Below are positions 1-14,184 of a stretch of 64,000 bases of DNA, one piece after another. Position numbers and translations under genes: made by a program. The stretch comes from Octopus vulgaris. Its lineage: Eukaryota. The DNA is taken from positions 51,150,001-51,214,000 of the forward strand of contig OX597828.1 in NCBI GenBank assembly GCA_951406725.2. Direction: 5' to 3'. How positions within the stretch are numbered: position 1 is the stretch's first letter; each line of letters opens with the position of its first letter. The notes beneath the pieces are model-generated. The model saw only the letters and a program-made list of their open reading frames with translations, ran no database searches and was not told where the DNA came from.

Positions 1-680
1 CATGACAGAGTCGGCCAGTATTTACACTGGACAATATGTCGGCATTATAAAATCAAAACAGCTGACAAATGGTATAAACATCGTCCTGAAGCTGTGACTG
101 AGGGAGAAAATGTGTCCATTCTGTGGGACTTCCCCGTGCAGACCGACAGGACTATAAAAGCCAATAAACCGGATATCATTATAAAAGATCAGACAAAAAG
201 GATGTGTTTATTAATTGACATGAGTATTCCCTGTGATCACAATATAGCGGCAAAAGAATTTGACAAGATTATTAAATATAAAGACCTGCTAATGGAAAGT
301 GAAAAAATGTGGCATCTCAAGGCGACTACAGTACCAGTGATTGTAGGATCTCTAGGAATGATAAAAAAGGCACTGAAACCTATTTGAAAATGATTCTAGG
401 CTTACCATCCCTACAGGAAGTGCAAAAAATCGTATTAACTGGAACGGCTCATGTACTGAGAAGAGCACTATCGCTGTGAAAATAACATCCATCCATGAAT
501 TTATTTTTTTATTAATTTTTAAATACATATGTTATCTGTGAATTTGCGCGTGTAATCTGGGAATGCATACAATGTCCTAGGTGTATGGAAAACCTAGGTG
601 TATGGAAAACACTCTGCCCTAGGTGTATGGAAAACACTCGGCGAGAAACGGAAGAAAATTTGAAGAAAGAAGGAAAAAAC
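1..680 (+). mobile_element. 3' fragment of R4/Dong-like non-LTR retrotransposon (RLE domain plus 3' UTR), truncated by window edge
   Basis: Translation HDRVGQYLHW...ILWDFPVQTDRTIKANKPDIIIKD...IDMSIP...KIIKYKDL matches the PD-(D/E)xK restriction-like endonuclease C-terminus of R2-superfamily elements; ends in (TAA)n at ~681-815. Confidence 0.85.
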
Positions 681-757
681 ATAACAATAATAATAATAAT
701 AATAATGATGATAATAATAATAATAATATTAATAATAATAATAATGATAATAATGAC

Positions 758-816
<59 letters not shown>

Positions 817-818
<2 letters not shown>

Positions 819-955
819 TGCTCTGATGCAGTACCAGGTTGTGGCACTCATGGCTTCTCATCTTAACTGATTGGAAGTGTTATCACGTACATTGTTTTGT
901 CTTGGTATAAAATATGGGCCACAGCAAATATTCTGCTCAATACCACAGATTTGCA
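817..955 (+). mobile_element. Partial copy (5' part) of the ~550-bp (TAA)n-associated non-coding element
   Basis: Near-identical to the start of the copy at 24779-25335. Confidence 0.8.
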
Positions 956-1257
956 TGAGCATGACCGCAGCTCTGAGTTGAAACTAAAATAGAAAAAATA
1001 AAAAATCCCCACCCTTTTTTAAATATCTCTCCAACGTTTTCAAAGCGTATACTAGTTAACTGACTTAACGAAAACCAAGTGTGTCAAGGTACATAACTCT
1101 CAATAATACTTTTAGAGTGACTTCCCTTAGATTACTATCTTCGTGATACGCTCTTTATCGAGCGTGTGTTAACGTGAACTTCAGCAGATAATTGTTTTCG
1201 TACTTTGTCTTCTCTATAATGTACACACACACACACACATACACACGCACACACACA

Positions 1258-1298
<41 letters not shown>

Positions 1299-1369
1299 AC
1301 ACACGCACACACACACACGCACATACACACACACACACGCACACACACACACACACACGTATATGTATA

Positions 1370-1575
1370 TACTTAAATCAAAGCTGGACATCTTCCTGTC
1401 AAGAGTCCCAGATGAACATACGTCACGGCAAGAGGTGCAAATGAGAGTAGCTATATCAAACTCCATTCTTCACCAAGTGCCACATATTAGACGAGGTTCT
1501 TTGTAATAACAGTGTAGCACAAAACGGCGGTGCATCAGCATGGCCGCAGCTCTGAGCTGAAACTAGAGAAAAAAA
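1370..1575 (+). mobile_element. 3' end of a CR1/L2-like LINE
   Basis: Encodes LKSKLDIFLSRVPDE...RVAISNSILHQV, a typical APE-type LINE ORF2 C-terminus, followed by the tail ggcggtgcatcagcatggccgcagctctgagctgaaac. Clade is inferred. Confidence 0.65.
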
Positions 1576-1859
1576 ATATATATATATATATATACATATA
1601 TATAGATATATATATGTGTGTATATATATATATGTTTACATATATATATATATATATTTATATATATATTCTGTTGTGTTAGATTATAAGGCACAAAAAG
1701 AAAATGACTCTCCCCAAACAACAACAGAATATGCTTCATATATATATATATATACATATATATATAATTATTTGAGGGAATATTAATCCTAACTTACAGG
1801 GAAAAATTCAATTTAGAAATATTAAATCAAATTTCACACAATATAATATATATATATAT

Positions 1860-2185
<326 letters not shown>

Positions 2186-2189
2186 ATAT

Positions 2190-2355
2190 AGGCGCAAGTG
2201 TGGCTGTGTGGTAAGAAGCTTACTTCCCAACAACACGACTGCGGGTTCAGTCCTACTGCGTGGCACTTGCGACAAGTATTTTCTACTATAGCCGCTGGCC
2301 GACCAAAGCCCTGTGAGTGGATTCCTTAGATTGAAATTGAAAGAAGCCCGTGATA
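2190..2355 (+). mobile_element. SINE family A, 5' half (tRNA-like head)
   Basis: A-box-like tggctgtgtggt and B-box-like gggttcagtcc; matches the full copy at 47439-47860. Confidence 0.8.
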
Positions 2356-3037
2356 TATATATATATATATCAATTACATGGTATAAGAATTTTAGTTATA
2401 AGGAAACATTAGTATGACACTATCATATGAATCGACTTCTTACATCTGCCACTAATGGATGAGATATGTCGAGTAGAAAAGAACATCGAATATAAAATAA
2501 GTACGATTACGTCACTCAGTATTTACGAAGAAGCATAATTGACCCCTCAACCTATATTTTGGTTTATTCCAAAAAAGAAAAGAAATTATTAATGATACAC
2601 AGAAATAAACGTACATTCGTGTTTGCTTTGTCCTTTTGGGGAATTTGAAGGATACGGGAAGTTCCGATGGATGTTCATTTCCTGACATGTAGAATCAAAA
2701 TAATAGGGGAAGAACTGCCAGAGTTGTTCGAGCATAGACACAAATGGTCCCAAGAGTAGTCGATATCGTTACCTCCAATATTTAACCAACCCTAGAAATA
2801 TGAAAGGTAAATTTTGAAACTAGAATATAGAGAGCTGGAAGAAATCGCGCAAGGCATTTTCCAGGGCTCTCAAATTATGCCAATCCAGTCTTGAAGTGTC
2901 TGCTTCAGGCTGCTACGCTTTGAGTTCAAAATCTACCTGAATCAAATTTATCTTTTATTGAGGTGGATGAATAAATGTTCGTCGGATGACCACATACTTA
3001 CAATTACTCACACGCACACATGACACCTTAATGCGCG

Positions 3038-3071
<34 letters not shown>

Positions 3072-3331
3072 CACCAAACAAACAAAGAGAATATCGATTA
3101 TGTTTAGGGGCAAATGGAGCGATGTTTGATAGAAGACAGGACGAAAGAAACAAGGAAGGTTAGTATTCTGTAGATATTCTGTTTGGTAGCTAAAACAAAA
3201 AGGCAAATTTTGCTCGTGTATTACTTCTCTTAGATTATCATAATTCATTAATAGCCATATTTTATTTTCCCATTAAGCTGATGACGATTATTGAAACTAA
3301 AACTAGCTTGAAATGCTTTCCTCGATTTCCT

Positions 3332-3365
3332 GAAATTGATAAGTCATTAATGACTTATCAATTTC
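3332..3365. repeat. Perfect 34-bp palindrome
   Basis: gaaattgataagtcatt|aatgacttatcaatttc. Confidence 0.9.
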
Positions 3366-4164
3366 GGAGAATTCCTTACCTTGAGGCTACCTTCCTTTCT
3401 CTCCTGTTGTAGATCAAAACCAGATAATTTCGATGAATCGAAACTTTGTCTGGTTCGATATTGGATATAGCGTTATTCTTACATTTTCAATATTCATGTC
3501 ACTGGCTACTCTTCGTTGTACGCTTTATGTATGTATGCATGCATGTATGTATGCATGCATGTATGTATGCATGCATTTATGTATGTATGTATGTATGTAT
3601 GTATGTATGTATGTATGTATGTATGTATGCATGCATGTATGTATAAACACATCCATGTACTCACATACGCACATACAGGCTTACGTACATTTCATGCATG
3701 CATACATACATACATACATACATTTCATGCATGCATACATACATACATACATACATAAGTACGTATGTATGTATTTATGTATGTATGCATGCCTGCATGC
3801 ATGTAAGTATGTATAAGTATCGCTTCACTTCTGAGTTAGCAATATAATTTTACACCTCTTTCCTGTTCCACTGAATTCTTCATTTTTTTTCATATTTTGG
3901 GAGTTATTTCACTTTCTTCCGAAATTTAACAAAAATTTCTACATAGAAATTTTAATTTGAATTGCCATGGCAAAAAAACTTCTTCCCGCTCAACTTTAAC
4001 ACTCGACATTTAATGTCGTTTAATGTCTCTCGACATCATTCAGGTGAATGCGTAAATTAAAATTCAAAAGATGTGATGAGATAGCATATCTTGCTATCTG
4101 ACGGCTTTATACTGCCTAGGTAAACACGTATACTCCTTCAACTACAGAGTCCATATAATAGAGT

Positions 4165-4643
<479 letters not shown>

Positions 4644-5320
4644 TATAATTCATAATAATGGTACAAGATAGGCCACATCATTGTCAGGATTAAGCGTCAA
4701 AACGGCTCAAAAATCAAAGTTATCACTTATACACACTGGGGAATTCGAAGAAACGAGTAAATATAAAGGCAACTCACCAAATAACGATTAAATTAAATTA
4801 GCTGCAGAAATTAGTTACGACGTCACTCGTACCAAGATGTATCGGTCGTTGCCTTTCGTCTGCACAACATCGCTGGCATGGAGAGGGAAAGGCTGGTGGG
4901 CATGGGCGACTACTGTACTTCTAAAAAACAACCTTACCCGGTGTTGCGCTCCGCAGGGGAACTTTCTAAATGCAACCCCATGGCCATTCGTGACCAAAGG
5001 GAATCTTTACCCTTACATTTTATAAGTATATATAGACAGAGAAAGTCCACGCGAGAGAGAGAGAGATATGAAAAAACTGAGAGAGAAGAAAGAAGACAAG
5101 AGTGAAGTAATCAAGTAAAGTAGTGAGAGGAGAGACAGAGAAACGTAAATGGAGATGAAGAGATAGAAAAAGAAAAGCGAAGATAAGAGAGAAGGATGCA
5201 GAGGGAGTCAGAAAATGTAGGTGGAGAGAATAAGAGAAAGAGAAAGAAAAGAGATTGAATGGAGGAAGAGAAAGATATACGGCAGTAGGTAATATAAAAA
5301 GTAAATCGTAGTTTAATATA

Positions 5321-5364
<44 letters not shown>

Positions 5365-5366
5365 AC

Positions 5367-5691
5367 TTAAAGACTCCGCCGGTTACGACGACGAGGGTCC
5401 CAGCTGATACGATCAACGGAACAGCTTGCTCGTGAAATTAACGTGCAAATGGCTGAGCATTCCACAGACACGTGTACCCTTAACGTAGTTCTCGGGGATA
5501 ATCAGCGTGACACAGAGAGTGACAAGGCTGACCCTTTGAAGTACAAGTACAACTCATTTTTGCCAGCTGAGTGGACTGGAGCAACGTGAAATAAAGTGTC
5601 TTGCTCAAGGACACAACGCGTCGCCGGGAATCGAACTCACAACCTTACGATCATGAGCCGAATGCCCTAACCACTAAGCCACGCGCCCCCT

Positions 5692-5692
<1 letters not shown>
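5367..5692 (-). mobile_element. tRNA-derived SINE family D
   Basis: Head gcgcgtggcttagtggttaggg...gtgagttcgattcc plus core ttcacgttgctccagtccactcagct; recurs at 9540, 21430, 44300, 56370 and 60732. Confidence 0.8.
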
Positions 5693-5729
<37 letters not shown>

Positions 5730-5827
5730 GACGATAACAAAAGGAGTGATAAATAACAAGGAATAGTGGATCTTTGGTGCTATAAAGCCTTTAATTAATT
5801 AGTTAAGAAAGATGAAAGTTAGAGTGA

Positions 5828-5905
5828 GTTTTCAGCTGTTTCCTTATATCAGGCTGAGGTAAATATGTTTTTACCTCGTTGCAAATGATAGAGATCATCA
5901 GGAAG
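5828..5905 (-). ncRNA. Degenerate type I hammerhead-like motif
   Basis: Minus strand: CUGAUGA, extended stem II (includes gaggtaaa/tttacctc), GAAA, CAGCUG. The conserved U before the cleavage site is replaced by A and stem I is poor. Confidence 0.5.
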
Positions 5906-6132
5906 AAAAAGGCTCTATTCTCCTTTTCGTTTATCTTTGCCTTCTTCGTTCTGAGGAAGTCTATAGCTGGAGACGACGATCTCCTGGGGCTAAAAGCGTC
6001 AGTAACACCCACCCCAACTGGCTAGCCACATTCAGATGGCTAGTACACTTTACGTTAAATGCATATTTATAACCGTAAAACATCTATTCGAACGGACAGC
6101 CATGATGAAGTGGCTACAGATATTACCTATAC

Positions 6133-7231
6133 ATATTAGGCTGCCCGGAAAGTTTTGAGCGTTTTTTTTAATATGCAAAAGGGGATATAAATAATTGAAC
6201 TTTCAATAAATTTTATTCATTGAAATAATATCAATTATTATAAATGAAATTTGACATCTCTCAGTCAATTTAAACATTCCATCAGCATAAAGTTTGACTG
6301 GTTTTGAAGAAAAGGGTTATCTTAATGCATTTTGACACCATCTAAATCGTTAAATGATTTTTCTTGCAATGAGTTCTGTAGGATCAAAAACTAATGGTAG
6401 TCGGACGGCGCAATATCAGGAGAATATGGTGGATGGGTAAAATATCCTACCCAAGTTCATGTAACTTTGTTCGGGTAACCAAAGACACATGCTGTCGGGC
6501 ATTGGCTTGTTAGAACACTACCTCTTCCCTGTTGGCAGCCTCCGACCTCAATTCTTTATTTTTTGGTTCCAATTAGCCACCTGACTAAAGTACACAGGAT
6601 TATGGGTCAGGTTTTATGGGAGAAGTTCATAATAAATAATGCTTTTATGACCACACAAAATATAAAACATAACATTTTTGGCATGGATATTCCTTTTTGG
6701 TTGCTGCTTTTTTGGTATTGGTGGGGGCCCCTACGCAAACTCCAGGATATTTACCGTACTACGTTTTCGTACAGAAACCATTTTTCATCTCTAGTGACAA
6801 GTTGTTTTTAAAAAAAGCATGCTTTCACTCTGTTTCAAAAGCTTACAAACAGAATACCGGTCCAAGCAATTCTTTTTCTGAGAGTTTGTGAAGGACCCAT
6901 ACAATATAGCGAAAAAGTATTCCAGCTTCACTAGGTGTACATGAGCCGTACTTTTAGAAACTTCGAACTCCTCTGCAAGTTATCTATTCGTGATATTTGA
7001 GCTTTCTTCGGTTTTTACCTTCAAAACGTTATCCAGTTTTGAAGATCTTCCACTACGACTGTCTTCTTCCAAGCTAAACACTCCAGCTTTAAATTTTGCA
7101 AACCACCTTAGAAAAGTTGATTCGCTTTTAGAATCATCACCAGAACCATCACAAATGTTTTGCAAATCTTTGCAGCATGTTTTACAGTTTTTGAATGCTT
7201 AAAAATTCAGAACTTTCAGAAAAGCTTATAT
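6133..7231 (-). mobile_element. Decayed mariner (Tc1/mariner) DNA transposon
   Basis: Minus-strand motifs RWFAKFKAGVFSLEEDSRSGR, LVTRDEKW and HPPYSPDIAPSDYH with stops and frameshifts; degenerate TIRs at ~6135-6165 and ~7203-7230. Confidence 0.85.
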
Positions 7232-7264
7232 ACACACACACACACACACACACACGCACGCACG

Positions 7265-7306
<42 letters not shown>

Positions 7307-7465
7307 TGCACACACACACACACACGCACACACACACACACACACACACAACCCAGCTAGAGGAGGCGTCCTCCATGTTGAAGTGGCGATAGGCATTACT
7401 TCTCAGTATAGTTACAACTTCCATCTTTTCTAGCTGATTTGCTTATGTGTATATATGTATGTATT

Positions 7466-7499
<34 letters not shown>

Positions 7500-7578
7500 T
7501 GTATGTTTGTATGTATGCATGCATGTATGTATGTATGTATGTATGTATGTGTACGTGTCTGTATGTACAGATAGACAA

Positions 7579-7632
<54 letters not shown>

Positions 7633-8849
7633 AGACGAAACATGGAGAAATGAGTGTGACAGACAATAGCATAAGAGTAGCGGAAGAGCTTGGTCTTTCA
7701 TTAAGTGTCGACAACCGGAAACATGCAAAAACTAAAGAGAGTTGAATTTATGAAAGCTGCATTGAAACTAAAACACAAGGAGGCTTTTCCTGTGCGCAGA
7801 GCGTGTCTATTAAATCTCAGTCTATTAGCCCCTTGTGGGTAGTAAAGAAATATATTAAATCTCAGATGACAGATTCGCTTAAGTCAAAAAGACGGGGCCT
7901 TGTGAGCTGCACGTTTGCAATATTAATCAAATTTTCAATATTACTCAGTGATTCAGGATAAGGTCTCAATGTGAGGCTCAAGTTATTCACAACAAGGGCA
8001 TTGTATGACGACGTAAGCGTCGTTATTTTTGACTTTATCAATTGAGGTCAGTCGTTCTCAATACGAATCGTATTGTCTTTTTATCTTACGCAGCTGCTGA
8101 TATCGACGACCCGTATTTTCCCCATCACCACCATCACCACCACCACCACCAACACCACTTCAAACACTGTCACCTACACCACCAGCACCACCAGCACCAC
8201 CACCACCACCAGCACCAACATCATCATCGCTATAAATACCTGCACCAGAAAGTGAGTAAGAGATCACGTGTAAGATAGATAGAGAGTGAATGAGTGAACG
8301 AAACGAAGAGAGAGATAGAGAGGGGGGGGGGGAGAAAAACAGAAAGATAGAGAGTGGGGGATAGTAATGTGATTCTACTTAGGGAGACTAGGAGAGGTAG
8401 GAAGGTGAGAGGAAGAAGAGGAGGAAGAGAAAGAGAGGGAGTAGACAAAATAAAAGGGAGGTGACGGAAATGGGGTGGTTCTACGTAAAATACTACGTAT
8501 GACATAATACTGTGTATATATATATATATTTGTGTGTGTGTCGTGTGAATTACAATGCCAAAATATAAGTACATGCTATGCGTATATGTGTGTCTATGAG
8601 CGGATGTTTATAGCAATGTGAATATCTGAGCATGTATGTATCAACACGTACGAATCTCTGAGTGGCCAGATCGGTCGGTGAATATTTTGTTGAACAATGA
8701 ACAAAACGTAAGAGGCGAAACAGACAGAGACACCTCGAGAGATCAGCGGACATCAAATGGTGGATAATGGATTTAAGCTGCAGCTTCGGATATCGCGGTA
8801 AGTTTTGATCGTTCGATCATCTCCACAACACATCGCATACCAACCGACC

Positions 8850-9295
8850 GACCTACCTACCTAACTACGTACCTAACTATCAACCTACCTGCCTACCTAC
8901 CTACCTACCTACCTACCTACCTACCTACCTACCTACCTACCTACTTACCTACCTGCCTACCTACTTACCTACCTACCTATCTACCTACCTACCTACCTAC
9001 CTATCTACCTACCTACCAACCTACCTATCTACCTACTTACCTACACACCTTCTTACCTACCTACCTACCTACTTACCTACCTATCTACCTACCTACCTAC
9101 TTACCTACCTATCTACCTACCTACCTACCTACCTACCTACCTGCCTACCTACTTACCTACCTACCTACCTACCTACCTACTTACCTACCAACCTACCTAC
9201 ATACCTACCTACTTACCTACCAACCTACCTACTTACCTACTTACCTACCTACTTACCTACCGATCTACCTATCTACCTACATACCTACCTACCTA
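8850..9295. repeat. (CTAC)n tetranucleotide microsatellite
   Basis: Direct inspection. Confidence 0.95.
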
Positions 9296-9539
9296 TTCAT
9301 CTATTTGTTTGTCTCTCTTCTGTCTATGTATGTATGCATATATGTATGTATGCATGTTTGTTTGTTTGTATGTATGTATGTGTGCATCTATGAATGTGTA
9401 TGTATGTATGTATGTATGTATGTATGTATGTATGTATGTATGTATGTATGTATGTATGTATCTATCTATCTATCTCTAGCTATCCATCTGTTTATGTAAA
9501 TATGTATAAGTATGCATACATAGTACATAAATAAATGCA

Positions 9540-9785
9540 CCCTTTTAAAGCCTAGCCAGGCTCATGGGCCCAGTTTCCTGGTTTCTATGGCATATGTGTT
9601 CCCCAGCCGAACTTGACGCCAGTCCATCGCAGCGTTACTCATTTTTTGCCAGCTGAGTGGACTGGAGCAACGTGAAATGAAGTGTTTTGCTCAAGAACAC
9701 AACGCGTCGCCCGGTCCAGGAATCGAAACCATAATCTTACGATCATGATGCTGACACCCTAACCACTAAGCCACGCGCCTCCACT
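9540..9785 (-). mobile_element. SINE family D
   Basis: Reverse complement of the + copy at 60732-60945. Confidence 0.8.
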
Positions 9786-9837
9786 ACATACATATATACA
9801 TACATACATACAATACATACATACATACATACATACA

Positions 9838-9869
<32 letters not shown>

Positions 9870-9889
9870 ACTATTTAAATAAACATGCG

Positions 9890-9920
<31 letters not shown>

Positions 9921-10007
9921 ATATGAATTAGACTAGCTCGAGCTATATAAACAAGATTGAACAAACATACACAAAGTGTGTGTATTTGCTTTTGTTTATA
10001 TTTATAT

Positions 10008-10052
<45 letters not shown>

Positions 10053-10267
10053 CAGACAGACAGAGGGAAGAAGAGAGTGAGTGAGGAGATAGACACACAT
10101 ACACAGACAGAGACCGACAAACATAGAAACGCGTAATGATAAGTCCTAGTTTACTATTCAGCAGAAAATAGCGAAGTCTCTTAAAATAAAGCACAATGAT
10201 AGACTCTTCGCAAGTTTTGACGAAACAAAATTATTTCTGTTGGATCGTTTTGTAATACACTACATTT

Positions 10268-10332
<65 letters not shown>

Positions 10333-10718
10333 TATATATATATATATTTGTATGTGCAATTATATATATGTATATATCTTTAGAGTGTATAGACAATTTA
10401 TATATGTTTGTACGTAACTAAGTAAAGATCTGCATATGTGTGTATTTTAAAATCCATAACACATTCAGTTGGTTATCAGTGATCGTTTAGTTTGCCCGTA
10501 TTGTACCTTGACCCATAATAAAAATTAATGATGTTTCCTTTCTTTAGTTCATACCGATCCATTAAACAGTCGTTAATTATGGAATGCTCCCACTGTAAAA
10601 TTTAAAATTTTCTCTTCTCTTTGACGTATTTCAAGTGAAGAAATCACTCTCATCCTAATGTAAGTGTTTTGTCCATGGATACTTCACATCGATATAGAAG
10701 ACTGCAGGATTACCAATA

Positions 10719-10985
10719 GGAGGCGCAATGGCCCAGTGGTTAGGGCAGCGGACTCACGGTCGGAGGATCGCGGTTTGTGTGTGTTTATTGAGCGAAAACA
10801 CCTAAAGCGTCACGAGGCTCCGGCAGGGGGGGGCGACCCCTGTTGTACTCTTTCGCCTCAACATTCACTCTCTCTTCCTCTTTCTTGAGTAACGCTGCGA
10901 TGGACTGGGTCGGGGGGAACACTTACGCCATAGAAACCGGGAAACCGGACCCATGAGCCTGGCTAGGCTTGAAAAAGGCTCGTAA
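10719..10985 (+). mobile_element. SINE family C (internally deleted)
   Basis: ggaggcgcaatggcccagtggttagggcagcggactc head, matching 37272. Confidence 0.75.
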
Positions 10986-11400
10986 ATAAGAAAAATGGAT
11001 TACCAATACTTCATTTTGTGGCCTAATTTGGGTATCTCCGGCTTACTCAAGCTACCTTCGGCTACGTCCGGCTACCACTGTCTGTCTTCGGCTCTATTTT
11101 CAAATTAATGATACTAAGAATATATTACTCTCCTTATTTGTATTTAAGATTCTAATTTTTTTTTTATCCTACGGAAGCGGAAATATAGATCTGCAGCTGT
11201 TCCAGTCAACATTCTGCTGTTTAAGTGTCTATGTTTTGTTTTAAAATTGTCTCTCTATATCTTATATCTACTGCCAGAAGTTCTTCCTGTCGCCAATCCC
11301 TACTCGCTTCCACATAAGTCATTTTTTCCGGTAGGATTTAGAGATATGAACGCATAATGCACAAATATGCAACAGTGATACCACTTTAATGTCAACAATA

Positions 11401-11570
11401 GGCCTAGGAATGGCTGTGTGGTAAGTAACTTGCTTACGAACTACATAGTTCCTGGTTCGGTCCCACTACGTGACACCTTCGGCAAGTGTCTTCTGCTATT
11501 TCCTAGGGTTGACCAAAGCCTTGTGAGTGGATTTGGTATATATATATATATATACACACATATACATATG

Positions 11571-11619
<49 letters not shown>

Positions 11620-12310
11620 GTGTGTGTGTCTGTGTGTGTCTGTGTGTGTCCCCAACATAACTTGACAACCGATGCTGGTGTGCTTACGTCCCCGTAACTT
11701 GGCAGTTCGGCTAAAGGGACCCATAGAATTAGTTCTAGGCTTACAAAGAGTAAGTCCTGGGGTCGATTTACTCGACTAAAGGTGGTACACCAGCATGGCC
11801 ACAGTCAAATGACTGAAACAAGTAAAAGGTGCTATCCAATGGGACTCAACTCGGAACCATGTGGTTGTGAAGCAAGTTTCTTACCACACAGCAACGCCTG
11901 CGCCAATATAGGTGGCTGTGTGGTAAGAAACATGCTTCACAACCACATGGTTCCGAGTTCAGTCCCATTGGATAGCACCTTTTACTTGTTTCAGTCATTT
12001 GACTGTGGCCATGCTGGTGCACCGCCTTTAGTCGAGTAAACCGACCCCAGGACTTATTCTTTGTAAGCCTAGTACTTATTCTATCGTATGTATACGTTCG
12101 TGTGTCTGATTTTGCCTACCGCCCCCACCATCCATTGCTTCACACCCAATGCTGGTGTGTTTACATCCCCGTAACTTAACGGTTCGGCATAAGAGACCGA
12201 TATAATAAGTACAAGGCTTACAAAGAGGAAGTCCTGCAGTCGATGCGTTCGACCAAAGGTGGCGCTCCAGCATGGCCGCAGTCAAATGACTGAAACAAGT
12301 AAGAGAATAA
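11401..12310 (+). mobile_element. SINE family A cluster containing a ~175-bp-arm inverted duplication (11723-12084)
   Basis: Full copy at 11401-11828, an inverted head, a mirrored head and tail, and an extra tail at ~12095-12310. Confidence 0.8.
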
Positions 12311-12345
12311 ACGAAAGGAATAAAAGAACATACTTATAATTATTA

Positions 12346-12398
<53 letters not shown>

Positions 12399-12399
12399 A

Positions 12400-12720
12400 A
12401 TATGATTGCTTTGGTTCAGCTTTGGTCTTATTCTTAGTAGGTTTTACGTGGGTAGCGTGTTACTACATGTAACCTTAGGGATCCATAAGTTTTCAGAAGT
12501 CTTTGAAGTGTTTAGGACCCCACTGATAATTCTTGCTGTCCCTTTGAAGACAAACCTTCGGTAGGAGATCTACCGGACATTCTATTTCAATTTACTTCAG
12601 CCATTAGTCTGTATCTTGCCCTACTGTTCCCAACGCATCAATTATTATGGGCACGACCTTTACAGGTCGCATGTTCAAAATTCTTCCAATTTCAGATTTT
12701 TCTTCCTCTTTCTTTCCGAT
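12400..12720 (-). mobile_element. Short 3' fragment of an RLE non-LTR element
   Basis: EIGRILNMRPVKVVPIIIDALGTV resembles the RLE C-terminus; flanked by (TTA)n. Confidence 0.6.
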
Positions 12721-12761
12721 CGTTATCATCCTCCTCATCCTCATCATCATCATTATTATTA

Positions 12762-12822
<61 letters not shown>

Positions 12823-12926
12823 CATCATCATCATCATCATCATCATCACATCATCATCATCATCACCATCATCATCATCATCGTCGTCATCATCATCATC
12901 AATATTATTATTATTATTATTATTGA

Positions 12927-13471
12927 TTGAGAGAGCAGTGCATGCCATCAAAGTGACACTGGGGTAAAATATACGAAGCCCAGTATACCCATCATGACTA
13001 CCCGTCTGATAAGTGTACACCAGGCACATGCATCACAACCATATGTGCGTGACATGGTGATCTCATATCAAGATAAACAGCACATGACCTTGCAGGTGGG
13101 GCCCAGTTAGAATTTTCTTCAGGTTGAGTAGCCCATCCCGCTCAAAAGGTCCCTGAATAAGGGTTGTTTAAGGATGTTGAAAGAACCACCCATGTTTCCA
13201 GAGGTGAATTATTCAAACCCCAAAGAATCCCTCTCAACACATGGCTATGATGCTCCCCCACTACTTCTGCTCGTGATCAGAGATGCACATATCGTCAGCC
13301 ACTAAGGGACATGCTCAACTGGTTAAGGTCAAGCAACTGACAAGCAAATCTGTGGTATTGAGCAGAATATTTGCTGTAGCCCATCTTTTATACCAAGACA
13401 AAACAATGTACATGATAACACTTCCAATCAGTTAAGATCAGAAGCCATGAGAGCCACTGCCTGGTACTGCA

Positions 13472-13472
<1 letters not shown>
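12927..13472 (-). mobile_element. ~550-bp non-coding (TAA)n-targeted element, near full length
   Basis: Reverse complement of 24779-25335; (TTA)n on both sides. Deleted or partial copies follow at 13570-13720 and 13836-13985. Confidence 0.85.
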
Positions 13473-13535
<63 letters not shown>

Positions 13536-13750
13536 GTTATTATTATTATTATCATTTTTATTATTATTGAGTGCGATATCAGTGCATACCAGCTCAGTGA
13601 CCCTGAGGTAATATATACGAAGCCCATCTTTTATACCAAGACAAAACAATGTACATGATAACACTTCCAGTCAGTTAAGATCAGAAGCTATAAGATCCAC
13701 TGTAAGGTATTGCATCAGAGCATTTATTGCTACCCTCCTCCTCCTCCTCC

Positions 13751-13817
<67 letters not shown>

Positions 13818-14093
13818 TGTTATTATTATTAATATTGAGTGACAGAGCAGTGCATGCCATCAAAGTAACAATGGGTTAAAATCTACGATGTCCAATGTAC
13901 CCATCATGACTCCCCGGCTAATAAGGGTACACCAGACACATGCACCACAACCGTATGAGCGTTATATGATCTCATATCAAGATAAAAAAAAAACGCGTGA
14001 TTTTGTTAGTTTCCATTTGACACACTGCGGTCGCACTGCGATAGAATTGAAACAATTTTTTATTATCAAACATTTTTATTATCATCGTCGTCG

Positions 14094-14182
<89 letters not shown>

Positions 14183-14184
14183 GT

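Noticed and set aside
512-866. Poly-Ile/Asn/Leu ORFs here and the many YI, CV, MYVC and poly-His ORFs throughout
   Set aside because: They are translations of microsatellites, with no evidence of coding function.
3276-3310. ctgatga...gaaa hammerhead-like string near the 34-bp palindrome
   Set aside because: Stems II and III do not pair convincingly.
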